Origin: Octopus sinensis
Lineage: Eukaryota
Assembly: GCF_006345805.1 (NCBI RefSeq)
Contig: NC_042998.1
Location: 164,548,001 to 164,612,000 of the forward strand
Reading direction: 5' to 3'
DNA: 64,000 nt
Position numbers and translations under genes: made by a program. Shown one piece after another: positions 13,185 to 24,399 of the stretch; positions within the stretch are counted from its first letter, which is position 1, and each line of letters starts with the position of its first letter. The notes under the pieces are model-generated. The model saw nothing but the letters and a program-made list of their open reading frames with translations, was not told the origin of the DNA and ran no database searches.

Positions 13185-13640
13185 TGTTTCAGTCTTTGGA
13201 GAGTGGTCTTGCAGGGGCAACATCTTATAGGGTTTAACTGAATAAATCGAATGAGTACTATTTATCAAAAAGAAAATTTAGTACATATCCTATCATCTCT
13301 TGCCGAACCGTTAAGTTACAGAGATGTAGGGAAACCAACAATAATTGTAAGCTGAAGACAAAGATGAAAACAAACAAATACACACACACACGCACACACA
13401 CACACACACACACAAACACACATAACGCACACACAAACGCACGCACATACATACGCACGCATACATGAACACATATATGTATGTGAGATGTGCTTCCACA
13501 CAGATTCCGTCAGCTAAATTCACTTACAAGACATTGGTAAATCCGGAGTTATTGTAGAAGACATTTGCTGAAGGAGCTGCGCCATGAGAATGAACCCGAA
13601 ATCACATGGTTGCAAAGCGAACTTCTTAACCATGCACCCA
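13185..13640 (-). mobile_element. Group B (CORE-like) SINE, degenerate
   Basis: Reverse complement of the head GGTTAAGAAGTTCGCTTTGCAACCATGTGATTTCGGGTTC, internal (CA)n and the 3' tail seen in the copy at 48083. Confidence 0.7.
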
Positions 13641-14132
13641 AGATAGCACCTGCGTTTTACTGTCTATACTAAACAGCCTGTATGAAGGGCCCTATATGTA
13701 GCATTGTAAAAATAGAAGAGTTTAAATATTCACTGCAAATCACAGTGTCATACATGCTATCGTACTGCCATATTGAATTTGTGTCATAAAGTTTCTGAAG
13801 AGCTTTTCCTTGAACTCATGAGTTCTCAGCGTACTTTCTTTTCCATTCGAATCTCATCGTGAACTTCAACCAAATACTACGATATTAGTACAAATTTTGC
13901 TATATATATATATATATATATATATATAGGCAAATCAAAAAGAAAATCAGGAAAGCAATGAAAGTCAAAGTCAATTAGACGTACATGGTGAATATATTAG
14001 ATTGACACTCCAAGAAAGTTGTAGCTAGGTAAATATGTGTAGAAATGCCGTTTGGAGCATGGCTCTCCATCGGAAGGAGGAAACGTCCAGAGAGGAAGGC
14101 AATGGAGGAAAGAGATAATCCTGAGAATATAA

Positions 14133-14178
<46 letters not shown>

Positions 14179-15926
14179 TATGTGTGTTGTGTGTGTGTAT
14201 GTATTAGATAATAGATATATAGATATATGTATAACTTTAGTTAGGTATTAAATAACCATCTAAGGGTTATTAAATATAAAAAAAAATTTACTGTTTTTTT
14301 TACCTATATAAATAATAATGTTGTGAACTATCGCTCATCACATATAGTTAAAATTTATAAATAAAATAAACATACAATTTATCAATAAAAATTAGAAATG
14401 GAAATCAAAATAATAAATTGAATAATTAAATAGTTTAATCATTAAATGATAAATTCAATTAAATTTTATTATCTTATACAAACAAATGACACATGCAGTA
14501 AATTACTGTTTCTACACTATTAATAAAAACAAGTTTTTCAAGAATAAGAAAATATCGTTTTAAATTAAATGAGGTTTCATCAGACAAACATTTCTTCTTA
14601 AATATATTACGAAAAATAGCAGCTGAACATTTTTATGACTGCTAACGCTCTTTCGAAAAAAAACAAAAAAAAAAAAACGCTTTTTAAGCGCGAGATTAAT
14701 CATAAATAAATAATCTAATTGAAATTTCGTAAATTTAAATCTATTAGTATCTTTTTCTATAACCAATTTTGCCACATAATACACGCATTCATTCATATAG
14801 ACATTTATATATATATTTACACAAATACACCTATCCATTTTTGTATATATGCATACACATACAAGTACATATGCATACATGCATATTCACATACACAAGT
14901 TTATTTACTCATATATATATATATATTCAACATGTATACATATACACATGTATACATATACACTTGTATATGTACTCCATACACAGATGTATATACATTT
15001 ATGGTAAAACACTAGTTTATATATCAATTCAAATCTAAATAAAGGAATTTATAATATAAATCAAATTTACAATTTATTCATGTTTTAGTTTAAGGTAAAT
15101 ACGGGGAAGATAATTATTTTTCCATTTTTAGAAACAACGAAAAACGAAACCAACTTGATACGGACAACGAAAAACAATCTAAATAAATGAAACAAAACCA
15201 AAGTAATACGAATACAAACGAAGTGTCCCAAATACGAACAACGAGCTTAAGCAGCAAATTAAACAAGATAAACACGCTATATCTTCATGTTATAATACAT
15301 TCAATCACATACATATACATATCCATACATATACACCCACACTCAAACGTGTACATATACATACACACACACACACATATATATATATATATCGGAGTAA
15401 TATCGAGATTAAATAGCCGAAATTACTAAGATGATCCGGTTCCCGACTGAAGATTAGAGGCTTCGAGTGATCCGTCTGTTTTTTTGTGTCGTCTCTTTGT
15501 GTGTTTTGCGTTCTTGTCCCACTTTGTAATTTATATTTTATATTTAATTTCTATACATATATATATACATATATTTATACATACATATACATACCCTCAC
15601 AAACATGACCCAATGCATACATACATTTTTAATAAAAAATTATATATATATACATATATGTATATATACGTATGTATATATACACTTATCCATATATATA
15701 TATTGATATATATCACACAAACATACACAATTCTATATGTATAAATATATACATGTATCTATCTGTAAAATAAGTTTTATATATTAATTAATTCAAAATA
15801 AAAGGTTATAAAATAATTTAACATAATTTCTTAGTTCATAATTTATAAATAAAGGCGAGATAACATATATATGTTCAATTTATCATTTTGCTTCCCATTT
15901 CTAATTTATATTATATATATGTGATA

Positions 15927-15980
<54 letters not shown>

Positions 15981-16085
15981 CACATATATAAACATACATA
16001 CATACATACATACATACATACATACATACACATATGTATAATGCACTTATGATTGTGCATGCATAAGTATATATATATATATATA

Positions 16086-16456
16086 CTAGCAGTATCGCCC
16101 GGCGTTGCTCGGGTTTGTAAGGGAAATAACTATAAAGCATTTTTAGAGAGTTATAGCCAAAAAATAGCAAAAAAATGGAAAAAAAATTATGGTAATTTAT
16201 TTTTGAGAGTTAAAAAGGTCGAGTTGCGTCCCCTAGACAGTCTGTGGTTTGTGTTTTCTGATTCTCGACCCCATTTCGAATTTATCGATTTTTTCAGAAC
16301 TGGGGGAACTTTTCAAAATTTTCGCTGCGTTAGTTTTGAATTATGACATTGGGCTATGTATGTGTCAAGTTTCATCAGAATCGGTTGAAAGCCGTGGTCA
16401 GGGTGAGGGTACAACCTGACAGACACACAAACTGCCGTTTATATATATATATATAA
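16086..16456 (-). mobile_element. Non-autonomous Helitron-like element
   Basis: The minus-strand 3' end is near-identical over about 63 bp to 365-428, including the hairpin and CTAG^T. The 5' end is TATATATAAA...TGTGTGTCTGTC like copy 1 (the terminal TC appears mutated). The interior differs. Confidence 0.75.
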
Positions 16457-16585
16457 ATTAATATGTTACCATTATTCAATAGTCAAGATAAAACTCGGAG
16501 TTTCAGATGCCGAAGTGGAAATCCACAACACCATCTCTTTACATAATATTGAGTCTGTTCTTTCTTTTGCTATCTTACCGTTTTT

Positions 16586-16648
<63 letters not shown>

Positions 16649-16871
16649 TTGTATGCTTATATAAGTATCCCTATATATATGACGTAATGCTTATATATAC
16701 CTGTATGTGCATGCATACATGACAGACACAAATACATACACACACAAACACACAGATACATACATACATACATACATACATACATTTTATAAATCATGAT
16801 TCATAACTTGCCTGAAGAACCTAGGCATCTTGAAGTGAAACTCAAGCTAGCAACCAAGTTATAGCTCAACC

Positions 16872-16917
<46 letters not shown>

Positions 16918-17357
16918 ATACAGAGAAGGGAGGGAGAGACACACACAAAGACAGATGAAAGAGAATGGGTGTTTTAGATAGATAGACTGACAGCTAGATA
17001 CTGTAATAATGTATATAACATAAGATAGCTGGAAATGGAGTACAACAGTTTTCCACGAATTTGCTACTAAGATGAATAAATTCCCTGTAAAATTCAAAAG
17101 ATATATAACACCATGAAGAATATACAGTACAGTGGAACGTTAGGAAAGGGCTGCCCATCATTATATATAGAATATACCTAATCCATTGGTCTATATGATA
17201 TAATTTAACAGCACACATACGTGTCTGTGTGTTTATTATGTGCAATCAGATTTACGTTAGTGAATGTATATGTATATATGTATACCAATATACATGCGCG
17301 CGTGTTTGAGTGTGAGAGAGAGAGAGAAAGTTTACATATACAATGTTTACAGATATG

Positions 17358-17924
17358 CAGAATGCAATGGGTAAATTGTCGCCATTTTATATTTTCAATT
17401 TTTTGCATGTGCATTGTGTGTTTTTGAGTTTGTCGACTACATAGTATAGTAGGGTCAGTTTGACACCATCTGTGAGAAAACAGCACCATGGCGCAATTAA
17501 CTCTGCCAGTGATCTGGAAATTATATGCTGTACTGCTTGGTATTCACGCTGGAAGATCCAATACGAACATTTCAGCATGTTTGGGTGTCAATCTAAGGGC
17601 AGTGCAATCTGAGGACATGTACCAAGAGTGATAAAAATCAAATATCCTGTCAACATCATGGTGTTTGGAGTGATCACTAGTGATGGCGACGTTATGCCTC
17701 CATTCACCAACTAAAACAAGGAGATTGTACAGAAGAGTTGCAGGGGGTTCCGAAGTCGTCTGGAGGCTGTGGTTGAAGCCAATGGCGATTTTATTGAATA
17801 AATTTACTATTTAGTATTTCAAGATGTTTTTATGTAATTTTGGTAAATATATCTGTTAAAATGAGATGTCGGTATTATTTTCATTTTTGCATAATTTAGA
17901 TGATAATTCACTCACCATACACTG
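17358..17924 (+). mobile_element. Internally deleted maT-like Tc1/mariner copy
   Basis: Collinear with 5330-7082 at both ends, with two large internal deletions. Imperfect TIRs (CAGAATGCAATGGGTAAATTGTC / ...CACCATACACTG) and TA at 17925-17926. Confidence 0.75.
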
Positions 17925-17948
17925 TATATATATATATATATATATATA

Positions 17949-17998
<50 letters not shown>

Positions 17999-18341
17999 GT
18001 GTGTGTGTGTGTGTGGTGTGTGGTGGTTGTGTTTATACATATACACGCACATACATACATACATACATACATAGGGACCCTGGAATATGTAACACACTGC
18101 CTCAATATCAACCTTAAGAAATTAGGCGTCTCAAAATCAGGAAGAAGAAAGCAAATTTGAAGGCTACAGATCCCATCTACCGCTGGAACTGTAAAAATCT
18201 GTAAAACTTTCCGAAGGTTTATGATTTAAGTATATATGAGCATGTCAAGATATGTAACTCTATGCATGAGAATACATACATAAAGCAAAACATTACAAAA
18301 CTACACATTTACACACATACCTACAAACAAACAAAAATACT

Positions 18342-18450
18342 CTGTTATTGATGTTGAAATTCCAATGAAGGAGCCTTGAATCTATGTTAGATACCGGCTC
18401 TTTCTCTATTGGGAAGAAATCTAGAAATAAAACTGAACAATGACATACAT
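18342..18450 (+). repeat. Unclassified ~110 bp interspersed repeat (also 34986-35085 plus, about 13080-13143 minus)
   Basis: Shared GTTGAAATTCCAATGAAGGA.CCTTG.ATCTA.GTTAGA.ACC.GCTCTTTCTCTATTGG.AAGAAATC. Confidence 0.7.
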
Positions 18451-18699
18451 ACAGGTATGTTGATGCAATAAAAACCCCTCAATATATGAGTATTTGTATT
18501 TTTTTTTTGATATTTGTTGATACTTAGTAACAGAGTGACTCAAGGTCTGAGTGTTTCGAGCGTTGGCACATATCAAACTAGTCACAGGTCGAAGGCCTGT
18601 GGGTTTTTATCAGCAACTGTATAAATCTACAGTCCTTCGACCTGTGACTAGTTACAGAAGTGCCAACGCACGAAACTCTAGAACCTTGGACTACTCTGT

Positions 18700-18938
18700 T
18701 AGTGTGTAAGTATGTATGTACACATGTATACATGAACACTTACTCAAGAACATGTATATACACACACACATGCACACACAAACGCACACAGACACAGACA
18801 CACAAACACACACACACACACATATACATGTATACATATATACAGCACAAAATTTCATCGAGTGTCGATCACATATATTTAATATACGTCCAATTGACTT
18901 AGGTTGTTTTTTTCCTTTTTCTATTTGTTCTTGAATTT

Positions 18939-18971
<33 letters not shown>

Positions 18972-19359
18972 CTCACACAGACACACAGATATATTTATGT
19001 ATATATGGATATTTATATATATATTTCTTACATATATGGATATATATATATCATATATATACACATACATATGTATATATACCTATACTTATCTATCTAT
19101 CCATCTATCTGTCTATCTATCTTCTATCTATCTCTCCACACAAACATACATACACATATATATATATATATATACACATGCATACATACATAGCAACTAT
19201 ACTTATATCTATCTCTATATATTCATATATATCCATATATACACGTGTATACTTATAAACATATAGAGGTATACATGCATATACATGTAAAGACAGATGA
19301 TTTTGTGTGTGTGTGAGTGTATGTGTTTACGTGTGTGTCTGTGCATTTGTGTGTGTATG

Positions 19360-19437
<78 letters not shown>

Positions 19438-19682
19438 TATGTGTGTGTGTATATGTGTTCTGGAGACAGGCGTCCTGAAATACGTGTGTCTCGCAATGAT
19501 ATCGTCTAGGCCAGTGAATTAGGTTTATATATAATGCCTATTTAGTCGTCTCACTTATTTACCCTCTCTTTTTCTCGTTATCTTCTCACCAAACAACCTC
19601 TCTCTCCTACACGCACGCATACATTCAGGATATATACACATTCATACATACATACATACATGTATGTATGTATATGTGTACG

Positions 19683-19721
<39 letters not shown>

Positions 19722-20080
19722 GTGTATATATGTATATATGCATATATATATATATATATACGTATATATACATGTATATATATATGTATATATGTGTATA
19801 TATATGTATATATATATGTGTATATATATACATGTATATATGTATGTATATATAGATGTATACATATATATTACATATATACGTATATACATATCTATAT
19901 ACATATATATATATATACGTATCTATATACATATATATAAATACCTATATATATATATAAACATATGCATATATAAATATATACATATACATATATACAT
20001 ATATACATATATGTATATATATATATACATACATGCATATCATATATATATATATATATATATATATTAATGTATGTATG
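18700..20080. repeat. Compound (CA)n/(TG)n/(TA)n microsatellite block
   Basis: Directly visible. Confidence 0.95.
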
Positions 20081-20943
20081 TATATTATAGACTCCAATTT
20101 AAGACGTAAATGAACATACGTACTGCGAGAAGTCAAAAATTACCTTGAAATCTAAAAACATAACGTCTAATGGCAAAATAAAATGTGTCAGAAACTTCAG
20201 GCTGTCTATAAAAATACTAAGAATACAAAAAATAAAATTCAAATAAACAAACATGAATAATAAGAAACATAAAAAGAAGACAGCAAGAAATTATGAAGAA
20301 AAGATGGCGTCGCCTAGATTGTAAATATATTTACAGATGAAGTGACTTTCTTGACTTTTGTTAATCCCGTATACATAATGGTGCCGTCACTTCATTGCTT
20401 TTTGTATTCTTCAACGCAAAGGACAGCAGCGTGCTCCAATTTTTTCGTATTTGGTCATGGTGAAATGGAAATTATATATTTTATACCAGGGGACTAGGTG
20501 CAAAAGACTCTCAGCTGTTGCAGTAATCAACATTGGTTTTAGCGTTTAAAGTATGGTAGTTTGCCGTTCTGAGTTCAAATCTTGTCGACATCAACATTGC
20601 GTTTTCATCAATTTGGAGTTGATAAAATAAAGTACCAATCATATGTTGGGTTGATTTAGTTAACTGCCGATCTGTATTAACATGCAACGGCCTAACAGGC
20701 TACACTAGAGACACACCCTAGCTCAAAGAGTACGGGTACAATTGATAAAATGGCACCAAATTTGGAGTACACAGTTATCACAGCTTGTGGCTGTGTGGTA
20801 AGAAGTTTGCTTCAAAGCCACATAGTTCAGTGTTCAATCTCACTGCGTGGCACCTTTGGCAAGTGCCTTCTGCAATATCGTCGGGCCGACCAAAACCTCG
20901 TGAGTAGATTTGGTAGACAGAAACTGAAAGAAACCCACCTCTT

Positions 20944-21320
20944 TTACTTGTTTCAGTCATTTGACTGAGTCCATGCTGGATCATCGCCTTTAGTCGAGCA
21001 AATCGACCCCAGGACTTAATCCTTGTAAGCCTAGTACTTATTCTATCGGTCTCTTTTGCCGAACCGCTAAGTTACGGGGACGTAAACACACCAGCATCAG
21101 TTGTCAAGCGATGTTGAGGGTGAGGGGCAAACACAGACACACAAACACATACACACATACATATATACATACATATATACAACGGGCTTCTTTCAGTTTC
21201 CGTCTACCAAATCCACTTACAAGACTTTGGTTGGCCTGAGGCTATAGTAGAAGACACTTGCCCAAGGTGTCACGCAGTGGGATTGAACCCAGAACCATCT
21301 GGTTGGTAAGCAAGCTACTT
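20944..21320 (-). mobile_element. Group B (CORE-like) SINE, body and 3' part; its head continues at 23572-23610
   Basis: Matches the reverse complement of the 48083-48450 copy. Its tRNA head (TGGCTGTGTGGT^AAGTAGCTTGC) is split by the 21321-23571 insertion. Confidence 0.85.
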
Positions 21321-21607
21321 TATTTCATTTAATTTGCCACAAGGGCAGTACACAGATAGTAGCTACGGGCTGGACATAGACATTAATGAATGATGGTGAT
21401 GGAATGAAGATGGTGATGGGAGAAGACGAAAGCGCCCCCGACCCCCGCTTCTCTAAAACAATGTTCTTATTTCAATAAGTTTACAAAATTTTCAAAATTT
21501 CACAAAAATACAAAAATTTCACAAAAATTCCAAATTTTACAAATCACAATTTCAAAAGTTTTTCCAGAGGCAAAAAACCTCCATCACAATATAACACAAA
21601 TACAGGT

Positions 21608-22805
21608 TCACGTTACCCGACCGATGAACGCTCTTGCTTTATTGACGCAATCGTTCGTCGTCAGGCCCCCGCATACAGGTATAATTTGATAGGAATCCTC
21701 CGGGAAAGATTTCACGAACCTGCACCGATCGTCATGGAGTAGGACCTCCGCAGCCAGCTGCGAAGCCACTCGGGATACTCCATGCAGGACCGAAGTCCCT
21801 CCCATTGTTGGTTCTCTTCCTCATTTTACCTATTTCATTTTCTATTGTTCCTCCTTTGTAGAAGAGGACTACATAATATTTCTCCGGCCACACAATCACA
21901 AACGGCGGAGGAGACATTGGAGACGCCGTCTGCGTGTTACAATCCGCTGGCGGCGTTCCGTTTCTCTTCTTTCTTTTTTTCTTTTTACCGTGGGCCACGG
22001 GAGGTTGAGGTTCCGGTGTTGCACACGCCGGATCCACTCTGTCTCCCGTAGCTTCCTGGTCTTTTAGTGGGTCACCATTGTTCCCCACTTTTCGTTCTCG
22101 TTGAGGAAGTCTCCGCTTCCTCGTTCTGTTTCTCTCCCTCTATTGGTGGGGCAGGGAGAGGCTCCGATATCAACTTCTCCAGGATCCTACTTTGGTCCCT
22201 GGGGCATTTCTTCTTAATGTGGCCGGTCTCCGAACACAGGTGACACTTGGGGGCGCGTCCCTCTAGCATCACCGGATACTTGGACCCGGCCATCTTCAGG
22301 AAGTCCGGCAAAACCAGACTCTTGGCCGACTGGGTCCACAGAGTCAAAGTAGCCTTTCCTCCTTCCCAGTTAGCCGCAGGCTGCATTTTCACATTCAGGA
22401 TCTTGGCGCTACCACCGCTCAGACCCCGGCGGATGGAATCTTCCACCCACTCGGGCTCAAAGCCGGGCGGCAGGCCACAGACCCATAAACGTAACAATTT
22501 TTCCCCCTTGTAACTGGGGAGAACAGAATCTCATCGCCCTCAATGGGCTGGCTTGCAAATTTGCAAGCTGCTTCAGCGGAGTCAAATAGCAACCATACCG
22601 TTGCGTATTTGACTCCCCGTTGAATATGTTTAACGGCTGGCATATAGTCTGCCAGCTCGTTCACAATGGTGTCTCTCGGAAAAACCATTATGGTGTCGAG
22701 TGACTTTGAATATGTCCTCAACACCACGGTCTTTTCCTCGAGTTCGTGCAAATATTTTTTGGGAGGTGTTAATTCCCACACAGTGAAATTCTTTGCCTTT
22801 GCCAT
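21608..22805 (-). pseudogene. Frameshifted L1/Tx1-type ORF1 (two RRM-like segments, CX2CX4HX4C knuckle, basic linker, extra C-terminal region; about 400 aa reconstructed)
   Basis: ATG at 22805 (MAKAKNF...). Second frame LRLWVCGLPPGFEPEWV...VMLEGRAPKCHLCSETGHIKKKCP, then GKKKKRKKR and a final frame ending ...NKARAFIGRVT*. Three frame changes near 22500, 22080 and 21820. Confidence 0.75.
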
Positions 22806-22970
22806 AACTTAAAATACAACAGTTCAAAATGATAAACTAAAATTAGCCACAGAAAGGAGAATGAAAAAATGCAACAGAAGGGAAGAAATAAAATTAAAAA
22901 TGGCAGTTCAAAAAAGTTTTTACAAATAAATAATAGACAGAGAAAGAGAGTTCAATTCAAACAAAGGAAT

Positions 22971-23002
<32 letters not shown>

Positions 23003-23141
23003 CCACTTCTTCGGCCAAAAATTGTAATCCAGGCCAAATGCACTGTTGGTAAAACCCTTGGTAAATAATCCTTGGTAATCCGTGGACAACACAACGACAA
23101 TTTCAACAATAATTTTTTCAGACGGACTATGCCGCTTCAAA

Positions 23142-23536
23142 AATACAATTTCTTTTCACTCGACACAGGCAGAAAAATTATATCTGGAGCAAAGTGGAGC
23201 CTTATTATTTGCTAAAAAATATTAAATGCTAAAAAACATTCATGCAAGTAATAAAACTTCACTAAACTCGCAAAAATAAAAACGCCTACCCGTAGTCGAT
23301 TCGAACGTTCAACAATTCACGTTGAAATAACGCGACATCAATACAATTTTCTTTCCACTCGACACAGGCAGAAAAATTATATCCGGAGCAAAGTGGAGCC
23401 TTATATCTGCTAAAAATATTAAATGCTAAAAAACATTCATGCAAGTAATAAAACTTCACTTCGCTCACAAAAATACAAAATTCCTACCTTTAGTCGAGTC
23501 GAAAGTTCAACAATTCACGTTGAAACAACGTTCATC
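23142..23536 (-). repeat. Two tandem ~198 bp monomers in the 5' UTR of the ORF1-only element
   Basis: AATACAATT(T)TCTTT.CACTCGACACAGGCAGAAAAATTATATC.GGAGCAAAGTGGAGCC starts at 23142 and 23340, and the similarity runs the full unit. Confidence 0.9.
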
Positions 23537-23692
23537 TGGAGCAGCAAAAAAACACGTCCGAACAGTTCAGAGGTTAGCGAGCTACTTACCACACAGCCAC
23601 TCCTGCGCCGTTAATTTTTCCTAGTGTATCATGCTTATTAATTAAAGTCGAAACGCCAAAACTGTCTTTGCTTCCCAGCACTGAGAAGTCTT

Positions 23693-24040
23693 TATTTCTT
23701 TATTACGATTATACAATCGTTACATAGAAGGACAAATACAGGACATACATGCAAAAAACAGTTAAGAGGTTCGATTAAAAATTTTCCATAACATTTGGAT
23801 TATTCATTATAAAAATTCGTCTATAAATTGTCCTTTACGTGACCAATAGAATATTATAACATTTCATAAACTTTCGATCTTACCGAAGTTTTAAACCCCG
23901 GCAATTTATAAGGCCCCGCAGCTTTTGTTTCCTCTCCTCCCTCCATAGTTAAGCTGGGTTTCTGACACCCACCTTTTTTTCCACTTCCTTCCATCTTTTC
24001 TCATACACACCCCGTGGTAAGATTCTCTTTTCCAGCCCCA
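23693..24040 (-). mobile_element. 5'-truncated LINE 3' end (probably L1/Tx1 ORF2 C-terminus plus 3' UTR)
   Basis: Perfect 16-bp TSD AGCACTGAGAAGTCTT (23677-23692, 24041-24056). Minus-strand frame EKRILPRGVYEKRWKEVEKKVGVRNPA*. The 3' end is hairpin ACGATT-GTAT-AATCGT followed by AATAAAGAAATA. Clade assignment is by recollection. Confidence 0.65.
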
Positions 24041-24399
24041 AGCACTGAGAAGTCTTGCTACGTCGCTGGATCGAAGGCTTTTTATACGAACTGCAACCAT
24101 TTCCTTTTCTTTTTTTACACGCTTTAATTCTTAGTAGACTACCCAATATGTCGTTCCATTATTAAACACGGTAAGGAGACCAGCTGGCAGACACTTCAAC
24201 ACGTAGAACAAAATACTTAGCAGAAATTCCTCCGACTCTATACGTTCTGGGTCCAAATCTCACCCAGGCCAACTTTGCCTTTCATCCTTTCGAGGTGGAT
24301 AAAACAAAGTACAGGTAAAATAATGGAGTTGATGTAATCGACTAAAGCCCCCTTCCCCAACATTCTGTTGAAATTCGAAACCATTATTAAACACTGTAC

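Larger units (their letters stand above)
21321..23571 (-). mobile_element. ORF1-only (gag-like) non-LTR retroelement of L1/Tx1 type
   Basis: 16-bp TSD with 2 mismatches (GGTAAGCAAGCTACTT 21305-21320; GGTTAGCGAGCTACTT 23572-23587), 5' tandem monomers, ORF1 with a CCHC knuckle, and a ~290 bp 3' UTR ending TGCCCTTGTGGCAAATTAAATGAAATA. No endonuclease or RT sequence between the TSDs. Confidence 0.8.

Noticed and set aside
20301-20309. YY1/Kozak-like AAGATGGCG
   Set aside because: Isolated motif, no accompanying promoter motifs, and the frame closes after 6 codons.
21608-21880. RNase H1 N-terminal / viroplasmin-like domain in the ORF1 C-terminus (KYYVV...GREP...KSF...ARAFIG)
   Set aside because: The resemblance is a few scattered residues with wrong spacing and spans a frameshift. 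Not supportable without a profile search.
22070-22510. Programmed ribosomal frameshifting in ORF1 (a -1 shift then a compensating +1 around the zinc knuckle)
   Set aside because: The shifts fall in homopolymer runs (GGGGGAAAAA; AAAAGTGGGG) but no canonical X XXY YYZ heptamer is in frame, and a third shift occurs downstream. Decay or sequencing error is simpler. A family consensus would decide.
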